From positions 736,001-800,000 of the forward strand of contig CBDANF010000002.1 in assembly GCA_965197475.1 (NCBI GenBank): DNA of 64,000 bases, written 5' to 3'. Shown here piece after piece: positions 30,326 to 40,642 of the stretch. The notes under the pieces are model-generated. The model made no database searches and was not told the origin of the DNA. It worked only from the letters and a program-made list of their open reading frames with translations. The stretch's first letter is position 1, and every line of letters begins with the position of its first letter. The DNA comes from Candidatus Poribacteria bacterium. GTDB lineage: Bacteria > Poribacteria > WGA-4E > WGA-3G. Made by a program: the position numbers and the translations under genes.

Positions 30326-32281
30326 CTAGACTTTTTTGTAAAATTCCCGATTCAGTTCTCTATCTTCCTCACTGACCACAAACGTCTCGTCCGCTATTTC
30401 AGAGAGGTGGACATACAATTGGTTCTTATCCAGCAGCTCTGCTAACAGTTGCTTCTGTTTCTCAACATCATTGATAGCGATAAAGTGTTCTTCTGCTTCC
30501 ATCGGTTCTTGAGGTTTGACATACCAATTCAGAACGGAATCTCTTGACATATCACGCCAAATACCTAAGAGTTCTTCACTTGATTCTGCTGATTGGATTC
30601 GTTCCATAAAAACTTCGTTGTAAGGCATTAGTTCGCATGAGACAAAATTTCCGCTCAGAAGACCTTCTTGTGCGATCACCTTCTCAAGCCGTTCCTTGCA
30701 AACTGTTATATGTTCCTCTAATTGTTCAATAAGTATAAACTGACGTTTACCCCCATCCTGTTTGTTCAGTTCTGATATGGCATGTCCTGTTGTGCCTGAA
30801 CCAGCGAAGAAATCAAGGATAATGTCTCCAGGATCCGTTGTAATTTTCACGATGTCTATGATTGTATGCAATGATTTTGGATATGAAAAAGATTTCTTCC
30901 CAAGTATTTTTTCTAAAAGTCTTGTTCCATGTTGTGTTGCGTTATATTTGTTGTCAGTCCAGGTAGTTTTCGGACGCTCGCCTTTGTAATCAGTTATCCT
31001 CCGCTTAAAAAAGATTTGGATGTGTCCATCTTTATGTTTTTTGGCAACAATTTCGTTATTATCTATTTTCTTTTGTAAAGTTGCAGGAGAGTTTGACCAA
31101 ACCCATTCTATACCGTTTTGTATTGGAAGGACATCATGGTAGTTTTCCTCCTCTGTCAAAAAAATCTGCTGCAAGTCTTTAGAAACATAAATCGAATAAA
31201 ATTGCTTGGGTCTGTCCTCTCGCCGCGCGTTTCTCGTTTCACCCGTTCGCATTAAATTTTCTAACTTGTATCGTGAAATTTCATCTTTTTTATTGTAAGT
31301 TTTCTCTGTTTCTTCGGACATCTCAAAAAAGTTTATCTTTGCAAGTTCCTTATTTTTGGCATAAACCACCATGAATTCGTTTGTTGTCGCAAAAAAATTG
31401 TTATTTGTCTTGCCTGCCGGATGATGAACGATAGTCAAAACCGAAATACGGTTCTCTCTCCCAAAAACTTCATCGGCTAAAGTTCCCAAGTATAAGAGCT
31501 CATAGTTATCTATGGAAATTGCAATAAACCCATCATCTCTCAAGAATTGCTTTGCTACATCCAACCTATTCTTCATAAAAGTGAGCCAACTTGAATGATT
31601 GAAAGTATTGTTATAGGTGAAAATGTTTGCCTCTCCACCTGTATTATACGGTGGATCAATATAAATCAGTTTGACCTGCCCGCGGAACTGCTGTTTGAGG
31701 GTGTGGAGTGCAATGAGGTTGTTACCTTTGATGATAAGGTTCTCACGAATAACACCGTTCTCATCGCGTTCAATTTCTGTTACGTCCTGTTCACCGTTAG
31801 CAGTATGGCGTTTCCAGTTGGTAAGCACCTTTGGATCAAACATTCGATTGATTTCATCTTGTGCAAGGATTTCATTGAAGAAAATCTCTTTGCGTTTTTC
31901 TTCTTCTTTTGTCTGTCCGCCTTCAAGCACGCAATCTTTGTAGGGCCAAACGAGTGCAACTTCGTCTCGTTCAGGGAGAAATTTATTGCCAATGTTCAAT
32001 CCAATTTTGTTACGGAACTTGGTATAGGAGTCGGCAAAGAAGTTTTTGTCGGTGATATAGTCAACGAAGGCGTTGTTGTCAAAAATCCAACGCCCATCAA
32101 TTTCTTTGAAGAATTTCGATTCAACTTCTTTGTCGGTAAGTAGTAATCTAATAAGGTCGTGGTCAAGTTTCCATGCGCGTTCTCTGACGTTTCCGCGGTG
32201 GAGTTCTCCTGCTTCATCAAGAAAGTCGAGGTTGGATTCAAGTAGTTTAGTTAGTTTTTTGTCAAAATTTTCTTTGGACAT
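30326..32281 (-). CDS. mod: Type III R-M methyltransferase Mod subunit
   Basis: NLIIKGNNL, IYIDPPYN, SSWLTFMKNRL, YPK, LDFFAGSGTT. Confidence 0.92.
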   Translation of the reverse strand: MSKENFDKKLTKLLESNLDFLDEAGELHRGNVRERAWKLDHDLIRLLLTDKEVESKFFKEIDGRWIFDNNAFVDYITDKNFFADSYTKFRNKIGLNIGNKFLPERDEVALVWPYKDCVLEGGQTKEEEKRKEIFFNEILAQDEINRMFDPKVLTNWKRHTANGEQDVTEIERDENGVIRENLIIKGNNLIALHTLKQQFRGQVKLIYIDPPYNTGGEANIFTYNNTFNHSSWLTFMKNRLDVAKQFLRDDGFIAISIDNYELLYLGTLADEVFGRENRISVLTIVHHPAGKTNNNFFATTNEFMVVYAKNKELAKINFFEMSEETEKTYNKKDEISRYKLENLMRTGETRNARREDRPKQFYSIYVSKDLQQIFLTEEENYHDVLPIQNGIEWVWSNSPATLQKKIDNNEIVAKKHKDGHIQIFFKRRITDYKGERPKTTWTDNKYNATQHGTRLLEKILGKKSFSYPKSLHTIIDIVKITTDPGDIILDFFAGSGTTGHAISELNKQDGGKRQFILIEQLEEHITVCKERLEKVIAQEGLLSGNFVSCELMPYNEVFMERIQSAESSEELLGIWRDMSRDSVLNWYVKPQEPMEAEEHFIAINDVEKQKQLLAELLDKNQLYVHLSEIADETFVVSEEDRELNREFYKKV

Positions 32282-32395
32282 AGGGTCGTGTCCTTTCTGT
32301 GCAAATGTGTAAGATGGTTGTGATTACCGTTGGTTTTGCATGACATCTGAAATTATTACGTAATCTTACCTAATTTGAAATGGACTAACTGTACA

Positions 32396-32785
32396 TTATA
32401 GAAAGGGGTTGTGTGCAACTTCCCAATAAAATCCATCTGGGTCTTTGAAGTACCCGGAATAACCGCCCCAAAAAACCTTCTGCCCCGGTTTTACAAGTTC
32501 TGCACCTGCTTCAACCGCTTCTTCAAGAGTACGGTCTACTTCCTCTGGAGAATCGACGTTGTGTGCAAGTGTAAACCTTTGAAAACCTGTTCCTTCAGGT
32601 GAGGTCGTAATATCTTCAGCAAGTTTGTCCCTTGGATAGAGTCCAAGTATTATACCTTCCATCTTAAAAAATGCGATACTATCTGAGTCATCCATTCGTG
32701 GAAAACCTAACCCGTTTTGGTAGAAATCGATGGCGCGTTGTAAGTCTTCAACTCCAAGTGTAACGATAGTAATATGTGGTTTCAT
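32396..32785 (-). CDS. VOC/glyoxalase family protein
   Basis: VTLGVEDL..FY, FWGGYSGYFKDPDG..WEVAHNP. Confidence 0.9.
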   Translation of the reverse strand: MKPHITIVTLGVEDLQRAIDFYQNGLGFPRMDDSDSIAFFKMEGIILGLYPRDKLAEDITTSPEGTGFQRFTLAHNVDSPEEVDRTLEEAVEAGAELVKPGQKVFWGGYSGYFKDPDGFYWEVAHNPFL

Positions 32786-32860
32786 TTGATTCCTTTACGT
32801 AGCTGAAACGTGTTCATAATTGTTTTGCACAGCACCACAAAGATGCACTTTTGCGCCGCT

Positions 32861-34030
32861 TTATTCTAATGTAGCACCTTCTGGGCGTGGTGCTGTTGGT
32901 CGGATAAGAGTATTCTGATAGGAACGATAGGCAAGTTCCGACAAATGTGGCGTTTCAAGTCGGATATTTCCTTGTGCACGCGAGTGCATGATAGCATCAA
33001 GAATACCTGTTGTTAGCAAGGTGCGTTCCACAGGATATTGCGGCACACCTGTTACGAACATTTCCTCAATGTTAAGACTCAAATAGCTGAAATGGGCATG
33101 CGGTGGTCCGTTTTGTAGGTAAAATTCGGTTGCTAAAATATCGTCCTTGTGTTTCCCGGCATAAGCGAAGTCGGTGACGTAGCCGCTCAACATCAGTACG
33201 GCGGAACGAAATCCATCCCGATGCTCTATCAGAAACACCGTAGGATTTGGACATCCTTCACGAATCGTTTTGTCGGGACGTTTTTTGATCTGCGCGCACG
33301 CTGTTTCCGCTAATTCCAGTGACCATTCCCCGGATTTAGCTGCTTCCCAGACAGCTTCACCTTCAAGGCATTGAACAGCAACAACACCAGATTCGCCGCC
33401 TTCTCGACGTTCAATCATACATTGCAACGTCTCAAGCGCGTGGAAGCCGTACGACTCAACTCCGCCGTAACCTATCCCAATAGCCGATTCCGACGCGGTG
33501 TCAATTGGGTGTTCCAAAAAGGGTTGCCGCCAACAGACAGGCAACGAAGAACCTGCCATGAACGGCACTTTGAGTTCGTTTGCTCGCTCGTACATCCAAT
33601 CTGCGTCATCCCAATTGTAGGAAAGGTGTTTGTCGCAAAAGACAGGGACAGATCGACAACTTGATGTGAACACACCGCAAATTTGTTCAAACATATAACG
33701 GCGTGGATACATGTGTTGCCCAAATTCATTGTACGGGTAGTCGCCATGTTCCCCTATGAGTAGCACACCGTCAACAGCGAGTTCGTTTCCACCGAGTGTC
33801 AACGCTTGCCGAATGCTCGGATATATCGGGACGTTGTGTTGATCAGCCAAGCCGACCCCGATATCTCGTGAATCTATCTGATCCAGATAGATGGATGCCA
33901 ATTCCACACGCGGCGCGCGATGTTCCTCATCCGTTGGAAATCCCCTCATGTACTTTGTGACAATCACATCTGCATGTGAGTGGGGAAAATAGGTAGTAAT
34001 GATTGCTGCTATCTTCTTACGGTGTTGCAT
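32861..34030 (-). CDS. Conserved hypothetical oxidoreductase-like protein
   Basis: SHADVI, LAVDGVLLIGEHGDYP, DKHLSY, YGFHALE, YPVERTLLTTG. Confidence 0.7.
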   Translation of the reverse strand: MQHRKKIAAIITTYFPHSHADVIVTKYMRGFPTDEEHRAPRVELASIYLDQIDSRDIGVGLADQHNVPIYPSIRQALTLGGNELAVDGVLLIGEHGDYPYNEFGQHMYPRRYMFEQICGVFTSSCRSVPVFCDKHLSYNWDDADWMYERANELKVPFMAGSSLPVCWRQPFLEHPIDTASESAIGIGYGGVESYGFHALETLQCMIERREGGESGVVAVQCLEGEAVWEAAKSGEWSLELAETACAQIKKRPDKTIREGCPNPTVFLIEHRDGFRSAVLMLSGYVTDFAYAGKHKDDILATEFYLQNGPPHAHFSYLSLNIEEMFVTGVPQYPVERTLLTTGILDAIMHSRAQGNIRLETPHLSELAYRSYQNTLIRPTAPRPEGATLE

Positions 34031-34046
34031 GTGAATGCCGAATCAA

Positions 34047-34952
34047 TTATCGGATAATTTCTGTACCGATACCGCCTGCTGTGAGGACTTCCAATAGAAG
34101 GGAATGTGGGGTTCTTCCATCAATAACATGTGTTTTGGCAACGCCGCCGAGAAGTGCTTTTTCGCATGCTTCAATTTTAGGTATCATTCCACCTTTAATC
34201 ACACCGTCGTCAATAAGTGCTTTTATATCGCGCATCTGAATAGTTGAGATGAGTGTAGAGATGTCTTCTGCGTCTTGGCAGATTCCGCGCGTATTGGTCA
34301 AAAGGATCAGTTTTTCAGCTTGGAGTGCAGAAGCGATTTCGCCTGCCATTGTATCCGCATTGATGTTATAGGTTTGTCCATCAACTCCGCTTCCGATAGA
34401 CGCGATTACAGGGATATATCCTGCTTCATCAAGTGTAATAATAGGCTGCGTGTTTACGCCGATAATACTGCCGACATATCCGAAGTCTATTGTGGTTTCA
34501 TTGCCATCGTCATCCGTAATTTGGGGAGTGTATTTTTCTGCCACAATTAGATTGGCATCTTTGCCACAAAGCCCTATCGCCTGACCGCCATGTTGGTTGA
34601 TACGTGCTACAATACCTTTGTTGATGGTCCCTGTGAGCACCATTTCAGCAATTTCGAGAGTTTCGCTATCGGTTACGCGCAACCCTTGCACAAATTCTGT
34701 CTCTTTGCCTACCTTGTCCATCCATGCGCTGATTTTTGGTCCCCCGCCATGTATAACAATCGGGCGCATCCCTACATATTTCATCAAAACGATGTCTTCC
34801 ATAACGGAGTGGATGAGGGATTCCTCCTCCATTGCGGCACCACCATATTTAATCACAATGCAGCGATTATAAAAGCGGCGGATATAAGGTAAAGCTTCAA
34901 TAAGAACGTCAGCAGTTTGATTTTCGATTAGAACATCGGCAGTTTGATTCAT
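34047..34952 (-). CDS. argB: Acetylglutamate kinase
   Basis: EALPYI, IKYGGAAM, HGGGP, GLRVTD, NINAD, GGMIPK. Confidence 0.96.
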   Translation of the reverse strand: MNQTADVLIENQTADVLIEALPYIRRFYNRCIVIKYGGAAMEEESLIHSVMEDIVLMKYVGMRPIVIHGGGPKISAWMDKVGKETEFVQGLRVTDSETLEIAEMVLTGTINKGIVARINQHGGQAIGLCGKDANLIVAEKYTPQITDDDGNETTIDFGYVGSIIGVNTQPIITLDEAGYIPVIASIGSGVDGQTYNINADTMAGEIASALQAEKLILLTNTRGICQDAEDISTLISTIQMRDIKALIDDGVIKGGMIPKIEACEKALLGGVAKTHVIDGRTPHSLLLEVLTAGGIGTEIIR

Positions 34953-35065
34953 GTAATTCTTTAGTATCCTCTTGGTAATGTATATTGTTGAGTATTATAC
35001 GAAATAATGCTTGACGTAGCAAGTGAAATGTTGCACAATTCGGGATATTTTGTTTTTAATCTATA

Positions 35066-36421
35066 CTGATATTTATCAAAATTCTTCATATGTCAATGTT
35101 TATCAATGTTTTCTTGGTATTTGTTCATGAAAATGCTCGCTGAGATCAGACAGCATCTGCCTCTGTCCTGAAAGTTCAAGTTGTCCTTGATGAAAGGTTT
35201 TTCGCACGGAGCGACTGACCTGCTGTATCAAAAGGTAGCTCATCACTTTCACACCTAAGTTCGCATACGCGCCATTCCGTCCTTTTAGGCTCATGGATGC
35301 GAGGTTTAGGTCTGTTTTTAGATACCGCCAATACTGTTCTATACCGTGGTGTTGAGACCATATCCGTAGGATTTCACACGCACGCAGCGGTTTCCCAAAT
35401 ACGAGCATTGTTCGGACTTTGCCACGGTCTGCAAAGAACAACACCACTACTTTTCCAAAAGTTGGACTTGTGGCTTTAGTCCGATAGACCGGTTTATCGC
35501 ACCCCCATTGATTGGAGAGGAGTTGGATCGACTTTTTATGTTCCGAGAGTTTCGCCCTTTTTTCATCAATCGTCATCACATAGTTGCTTTTTCCGTGCAC
35601 AAGGATCGTTTCAAATCCCATTTCTCGCAAGGTGTCAATCAAGTGGCGGCTACCATACCACGAATCAAAGGTGACCGGATAGTTTCGGATATCTATTCCG
35701 GTCCCTTCAAAGAAAGACAAGATTTCCTTGAACATAGTGATGACACAGGAGGGTTTATCCGTATTCCCGCGGCCTTGTTTGCTGATCAGTCGCATATTCA
35801 GGGGAATGATCCGTTTTCCAATCTTTAGGACGATCCCCAATATATTTTGCCCCTTCATCGGCTGTTTTGCTTGAGAAGACCACCAATTGGATGTGTAGGC
35901 GAGACCCTCTCCATAGCGGAAAACAAAGGTATCATCCACACTGATGACGATACACAGACGCGATAGAGAAGCAGCACTTTTTGATACTGCCTCCTGTAGC
36001 ACCTCTAACGCAATAGAACACCCGATACGCACAAAAAGATGCTGCCAGAGATAAAGACTCATCGTGTTCAATTCCCGATATAGCCTCGTTTTCGGAATAG
36101 ACAACGCATCCGCCACTTGATCCGGGTTAGTGAGCCCAAACAGATGGCAGGTTGACAAAAACACTAAGGTATGAACAAAATGCTGTTTCAAGGTCCGAAA
36201 CTGTGAAGATAGAAGTTCTTGAAAAAAAGTGGTAGATTTGATAAGCTGAGTTAGCATGAGATATCCTCCTAATGTTTGTTTATATTCAAATCTGTAATTA
36301 GGATGCTATCTCATGCTATAAAAGTCAAGGAAAATGGACACAGCAAAAACGCATTTTCATGGTGCTATACCTTGTTTCTATTGATTATTATTAGGTTCAA
36401 GACCATTCTGAGAAATATCAG
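35066..36421 (-). mobile_element. IS element (IS701/ISH3-like DDE transposase, ORF 35103-36257)
   Basis: SVDDT, FDSWY, IEQYWRYLK motifs; 17-bp TIR CTGATATTT(A/C)TCA(A/G)AAT; no TSD seen. Confidence 0.8.
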
Positions 36422-36432
36422 CCCTTATAACA

Positions 36433-36466
36433 AAACAAGGGCGGAGTTTCAACTCCGCCCTTGTTT
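36433..36466 (-). terminator. Intrinsic terminator after the FadL-like gene
   Basis: AAACAAGGGCGGAGTT-TC-AACTCCGCCCTTGTTT. Confidence 0.7.
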
Positions 36467-36487
36467 GCTTAAACTGTAAAACTCAAA

Positions 36488-37819
36488 TTAAAACCGATAT
36501 GCTCCTGATACGAAAACTCGATGTGTATTCCGCTTCGTTGTTAGATCGTTACTATGCTGCTGCCAATTGCCCCACATATACGCAAGATCAAATTTCACGG
36601 AATCCTCAAAAATCTTTCCTACACCGAACGTCAAAAAATCACGCTCATTCTCAATCTCGGTTTCTGTAAACGGAATTGTATCGCGGAAATACCCCAGACG
36701 TAGATATGAATTAATCACTGGTATCCGAAATTCAGCACCTAACCTCGTCTGTAAAGTTGTAGTATAGAGTTCCTCAAAGTTATTCTTTGAAATGTCATCT
36801 GCGGGTGCCGGATTATAACGTGTCTGCCGCCAATCCGTAAACTGAATATCACCTGCCAAGACCAACTGTTTATTCAACAGTTTAACGGCAATTCCTGTTC
36901 CGATCTCAAAAGGTCTCTCAATATGAAATGACTGTGCTTCACTCTCTGGATCGGACACTTCTTCTCCATCATCGTACAATATCTCAGTATACTCACGCCA
37001 CCACTCTTCAACTGCTAATTCTGTTGGGGCTACCAATGTTACCCCAAGACTGATCTCATCTGTAAAGTTTGCCAAAACCCCGAGTCTACCACCTACACCT
37101 GAATAGTCCCGGTCAATTTCGTCGTCAAATTTGAAACGTGATAAATCGCCATCTACATTCAACGCATCAGTAGCCGTCACATCCAATTCTTTAAGACTGT
37201 TACCACTCCAGAAATCCACTGAACCGCCAATCAGGAAGTTCTTAGAAATATACACACTTCCGCCAAAACTCCAAATCCCAATGCCACCTGAATTTATGTT
37301 GGTTTCATCAACAAGAAATCCACTGAAAACGTTGCCGGAACTCGGGTCAATTCCTTGAATTGCAGTCTGATAATCAAAGTTTTGCGGACGGTTATAACCG
37401 AATGCTACCGCAAATCCACCCTGTCGGGTGTAGAACGGATAAACAAAACCTATTGAATTCGGACGTAACCGAGAACGACTCGTACCGATTACCTCATCGT
37501 TACTGAAAAAACTATCCGTGTTTGCAATATTATGCGAAAAACTCGTGAAGAATTCAAACTTCTGTATCTGCGCCATTCCAGCAGGATTCCAATATAACGC
37601 GGTGAAATCATCAGCGAGCCCAAGAGAAGCACCGCCCATACCCATCGCCCGCGCACCTACACCAAACGTGTTACCGATAATTATCTCCTCATTTTGTGCG
37701 ACACACACAACTGCCACCAAACCTGTGACAAGTAGACAGACAAATACGCCAAAAATTGTTCGTTTCACTTGTTTTCTCCTTTTTTCTCCGTATTCACTTG
37801 CTTTTAAATACCACAACAA
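36488..37819 (-). CDS. FadL/OmpP1-like outer-membrane transporter
   Basis: GARAMGMGGA..ADD.TALYWNPAG; C-terminal YRF; real start probably about 18 codons downstream. Confidence 0.85.
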   Translation of the reverse strand: MLWYLKASEYGEKRRKQVKRTIFGVFVCLLVTGLVAVVCVAQNEEIIIGNTFGVGARAMGMGGASLGLADDFTALYWNPAGMAQIQKFEFFTSFSHNIANTDSFFSNDEVIGTSRSRLRPNSIGFVYPFYTRQGGFAVAFGYNRPQNFDYQTAIQGIDPSSGNVFSGFLVDETNINSGGIGIWSFGGSVYISKNFLIGGSVDFWSGNSLKELDVTATDALNVDGDLSRFKFDDEIDRDYSGVGGRLGVLANFTDEISLGVTLVAPTELAVEEWWREYTEILYDDGEEVSDPESEAQSFHIERPFEIGTGIAVKLLNKQLVLAGDIQFTDWRQTRYNPAPADDISKNNFEELYTTTLQTRLGAEFRIPVINSYLRLGYFRDTIPFTETEIENERDFLTFGVGKIFEDSVKFDLAYMWGNWQQHSNDLTTKRNTHRVFVSGAYRF

Positions 37820-37821
37820 AA

Positions 37822-38403
37822 CTAATTTTCATTTCTGTTCCTCGGCCTACGTTGAGGACGGTCAGATTGAGGGTTAAACGAAGTCACACTACGTGAATAT
37901 CGTGACCGACGGTGCTCCGATTGATGTCTTTTCGATACAGCACCTCTCCCATAGGTTCTGCGGGAAGCAGGATAAAATGTTCTGCCGTGATATCTTCCAT
38001 AGTAACCACTGTACGGATAGTAACTTCTATAATAACCGTAATAAGGCACGTGATACCCATACCCATAATGCCAAGGATATGACCAAGAATATGGATAATA
38101 ATGCACAGGTGGATAATACGCATACGGATAGGATGCATAAGGCACCCAATAGGAATCACCCGCGTAGGGGTAGGAAGAACCGTAGCCCGGCTTCCGGCGA
38201 CCGTAATAACCTTCAGACTCATCAGGATCAGTTTCCCCATTAGAATCGGAAACATGTTCCATCTCTTTATCGGTTTTTTCTACATGTTTGTGTTGCTTCT
38301 CTTTGAGATATGCGGGGTCGTAATAACCGAGTTTTGTATAACACCCAACAAGCGTCATCGTTGCAAAGAGAAACAGCAATATAAAAACGGCTTTCTGGTT
38401 CAT
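37822..38403 (-). CDS. Tyr/Pro-rich low-complexity lipoprotein
   Basis: Lipobox LVGC, Y/P/G-rich middle, R/S-rich tail; GGAG SD. Confidence 0.7.
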   Translation of the reverse strand: MNQKAVFILLFLFATMTLVGCYTKLGYYDPAYLKEKQHKHVEKTDKEMEHVSDSNGETDPDESEGYYGRRKPGYGSSYPYAGDSYWVPYASYPYAYYPPVHYYPYSWSYPWHYGYGYHVPYYGYYRSYYPYSGYYGRYHGRTFYPASRRTYGRGAVSKRHQSEHRRSRYSRSVTSFNPQSDRPQRRPRNRNEN

Positions 38404-38589
38404 CTCTCTATCTCCTTTAGATTCAACCGAAACTCTTGATTATTATAACATATCCTTTTTACCCTGTCCATACAATTCTCTATATGTCTGATGTGCGTTT
38501 TCTCTTGTGGGAGGGCTTTCTCTAAGTCCGCTTTATATGGATAGTAGACGTACAGAATTCCGATTCCTGCATTCAAAACCGAAAACTGA

Positions 38590-39561
38590 ATGCCTCTGAT
38601 GACTCTGACTTTCCACTTGCCACTGTCTCGTGTGCATGCTAAACTGGGAAACATGAGAGTCTTTATCCAAATCGGGCAGGGCATCATCGGTGCCGCCGTA
38701 ATATCTTTTTTCTGCATCTGGCGTGCGGGGAGTTTCGGGGAAGCCAGACACGCTATTAGCATCATCGGCGCAATCGCTATCCTCATTGCAAGCCTCTATC
38801 TCCTCCGAAGCCGATGGATACGTTGGGGCAATCGGCAGATATGGCTAAAATACCATCAAAGATTTGCGTCTTTAGGTTTGTGTCTTGTGCTATTCCACTC
38901 CGCATTCCAACCGATGGCATGGCATTCATGGTTAACTTTTCTACTTGCCTTATCAAATTTAGGCACAGGGATTGCCGTTAGCCTTACTGCACGGAAGTTG
39001 CGTCAGACGCTGCTCAGGTGCCATCTCATCCTCGCGCCAATCCTGTTGATTAGCATTGTCTTTCACGGACAAGCCAAACTTGACCACGATGATTTTTTTC
39101 CGCTTACCGATGTTCATGATGTTCCTTGCGCGAAATGCCACACATCTGAACCGTTCCTTTTCCATCTCAATGCAACAACATTACAACAAGAATTGGATAC
39201 GTCTGAAACGATTCCTGAAGATATCCATTGGTGGTTCTCACAACACGCAATCAAGATAGCCCAAACTGCCAAAATATTAATCAAGGAAGTTGGCAACGTT
39301 TGGACAATTGATGACAAAGAAAACCACCGCAGCTATCACGTTAAGAAAACGACAGACCGACTTGCACTCCATGCGGATACGCCATACCGTAGTTACACAT
39401 GCATCACCTGCCACGAACATAACACACCAGAAATCATTTCAGCACATGAATTGCACGGTGTTAGCGATTTTCACAGATGCCTCGTCTGCCATCAAACCGA
39501 AATAAACGGTACTCGTTACGGTAGACAACGCTTAAATTGGGACTACGATCCTAATTGGTAA
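38590..39561 (+). CDS. Membrane-anchored triheme cytochrome c with His-rich TM helices
   Basis: Three CxxCH (CAKCH, CITCH, CLVCH); TM segments with WLKYH, LFH, RCH, VFH; likely ATG at ~38653. Confidence 0.75.
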   Translation: MPLMTLTFHLPLSRVHAKLGNMRVFIQIGQGIIGAAVISFFCIWRAGSFGEARHAISIIGAIAILIASLYLLRSRWIRWGNRQIWLKYHQRFASLGLCLVLFHSAFQPMAWHSWLTFLLALSNLGTGIAVSLTARKLRQTLLRCHLILAPILLISIVFHGQAKLDHDDFFPLTDVHDVPCAKCHTSEPFLFHLNATTLQQELDTSETIPEDIHWWFSQHAIKIAQTAKILIKEVGNVWTIDDKENHRSYHVKKTTDRLALHADTPYRSYTCITCHEHNTPEIISAHELHGVSDFHRCLVCHQTEINGTRYGRQRLNWDYDPNW

Positions 39562-39639
39562 TTGACTCTCGACAAAAAATGGCTTGAACTCAGTAAAATA
39601 CTGAATCCAAGCCAACAACATTACCAATTATTATACTTA

Positions 39640-40422
39640 TTAGTGTGATTTGATACTGCCCCAGGTTGTGGCAAGCTTGTCTGTCGGTTCCACAGCCAGA
39701 AATCCACCATCCATAACCTGCTTAATTTCATCTGCAGACAAAGCGCGACCAAAAATATAAAACTCATCCAGAAGTCCCGTGAACCAGCGTGTATTGTTAT
39801 GTTGACCGATTCCTGCCTTAACGCCCCAGTTGTCTGAGAGTTTTCCGGCACCCTTAACTGAGTGAGTTTCCTCGCCATTCAGATAAGTTTTCGCATCACT
39901 GCTCTCGCTATCATAAGTTCCAGCAAAATGAACCCATTCATTTGCTTCAAGAACGGGCCCCGGTCTGATACTGAAAATTTGTGTATTTGTTCCATCACGA
40001 TGAAACCATCTGACACCTTCAGTTTCAATTTCGACGTGGTAAAGTCCGCTCCCATGATCGGTACCGACGGCATCAAACACCGACTGATCATTAACTGAAC
40101 CGGTGTGGTTCACCCAAAACGCAAGTGTGATACCATCAACCGGTGCGTTCTTGAATTCCGGACCGTTCATATCAACCCATACATTGGTTTCTAAAGAAAT
40201 GGCTTTGTCAATAACACCGTCTTCCCATTTAGCATTCCCAACAACCGTTGCGTCATTACCATTGACTGAGCCATCTTCAACGGTTTCACCATCTCCGTCA
40301 AAACTATAGTAAACAGATAACGTTGGGTCCTTAAGATTTGCCTGGACCGAGAGCACACACGCTCCCATTACCACCAAAACAGCAAAATAGACGTGAAACC
40401 ATTTGATCATATCAATACGCAT
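39640..40422 (-). CDS. Secreted LamG-like jellyroll protein
   Basis: YYSFD..DGS..GN, WVHFAGTYD, GLLDEF.IF.RALS, tail AVEPTDKLATTWGSIK. Confidence 0.88.
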   Translation of the reverse strand: MRIDMIKWFHVYFAVLVVMGACVLSVQANLKDPTLSVYYSFDGDGETVEDGSVNGNDATVVGNAKWEDGVIDKAISLETNVWVDMNGPEFKNAPVDGITLAFWVNHTGSVNDQSVFDAVGTDHGSGLYHVEIETEGVRWFHRDGTNTQIFSIRPGPVLEANEWVHFAGTYDSESSDAKTYLNGEETHSVKGAGKLSDNWGVKAGIGQHNNTRWFTGLLDEFYIFGRALSADEIKQVMDGGFLAVEPTDKLATTWGSIKSH

Positions 40423-40441
40423 TTTTGTCCTCCTATATGTT

Positions 40442-40563
40442 CAAGACTTACGCATTCCCCCTTGATAAGGGGGGTTAGGGGGGTTAAATAAGCAGAACTT
40501 TGGTCCTTTAACCCCCTAAATCCCCCTTATCAGGGGACTTTAAGAGGAAATGCGTCCGTCCTG
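40442..40563. repeat. ~121-bp MITE-like element, copy 1
   Basis: Termini CAAGACTTACGCA / TGCGTCCGTCCTG; interior CCCCCTTGATAAGGGGG hairpins. Confidence 0.65.
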
Positions 40564-40642
40564 ATGTTAAATCCAAATAATCGGGAAACAGCTTGAATCC
40601 AGCAAAACACTGAATTCAAGCCAAAAACAGTAGATATTATGT

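Noticed and set aside
30326-32281. Phase-variable mod (phasevarion)
   Set aside because: No simple-sequence repeat tract was found in or upstream of mod.
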